DNA from: Bugula neritina
Taxonomy: Eukaryota; Animalia; Bryozoa
Assembly (NCBI GenBank): GCA_964035545.1
Contig: OZ037766.1
Coordinates: 10,964,722-11,028,721, forward strand
DNA length: 64,000 nucleotides
Direction of reading: 5' to 3'
Both the position numbers and the translations under genes were made by a program. Numbering within the stretch: position 1 is the first letter of the stretch; each line of letters begins with the position of its first letter. Shown in pieces: positions 63,967 to 64,000 of this stretch. A model generated the notes under the pieces. It did no database searches, was not told the origin of the DNA, and was given only the letters and a program-made list of their open reading frames with translations.

Positions 63967-64000
63967 CTACAAAAAAATTTAAGCTACCAATTTAGAAACC

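Overview
AT-rich, intron-rich eukaryotic (invertebrate metazoan) genomic DNA; the taxon cannot be fixed from the sequence. Eight protein-coding genes were reconstructed by hand from splice sites and reading-frame phase: UBXN4 exon 1 (-, runs off the left edge) head-to-head with CHRAC1 (+); TMEM145 (+); AP3D1 (-, about 28 exons) head-to-head with SPATA1 (+); a ~1065-aa gene with a TASOR/TEX15-type (DUF3715) pseudo-PARP domain (+); a ~475-aa orphan gene (+); and the 3' exons of ANKRD40 (-). Family assignments rest on remembered vertebrate sequences, not a database search. Notable non-coding structure: a 611-bp apparently perfect inverted repeat with an older diverged extension around ~2 kb of SPATA1 intron 5; a 4x33-bp in-frame tandem duplication of an AP3D1 splice donor; recurrent 3/6-periodic cryptic simple sequence just downstream of several gene starts; a ~700-bp pure C/T tract; and MITEs, candidate solo LTRs, tRNA-derived SINE remnants and an internally deleted LINE. 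No CRISPR arrays, rRNA or intact tRNA genes were seen.
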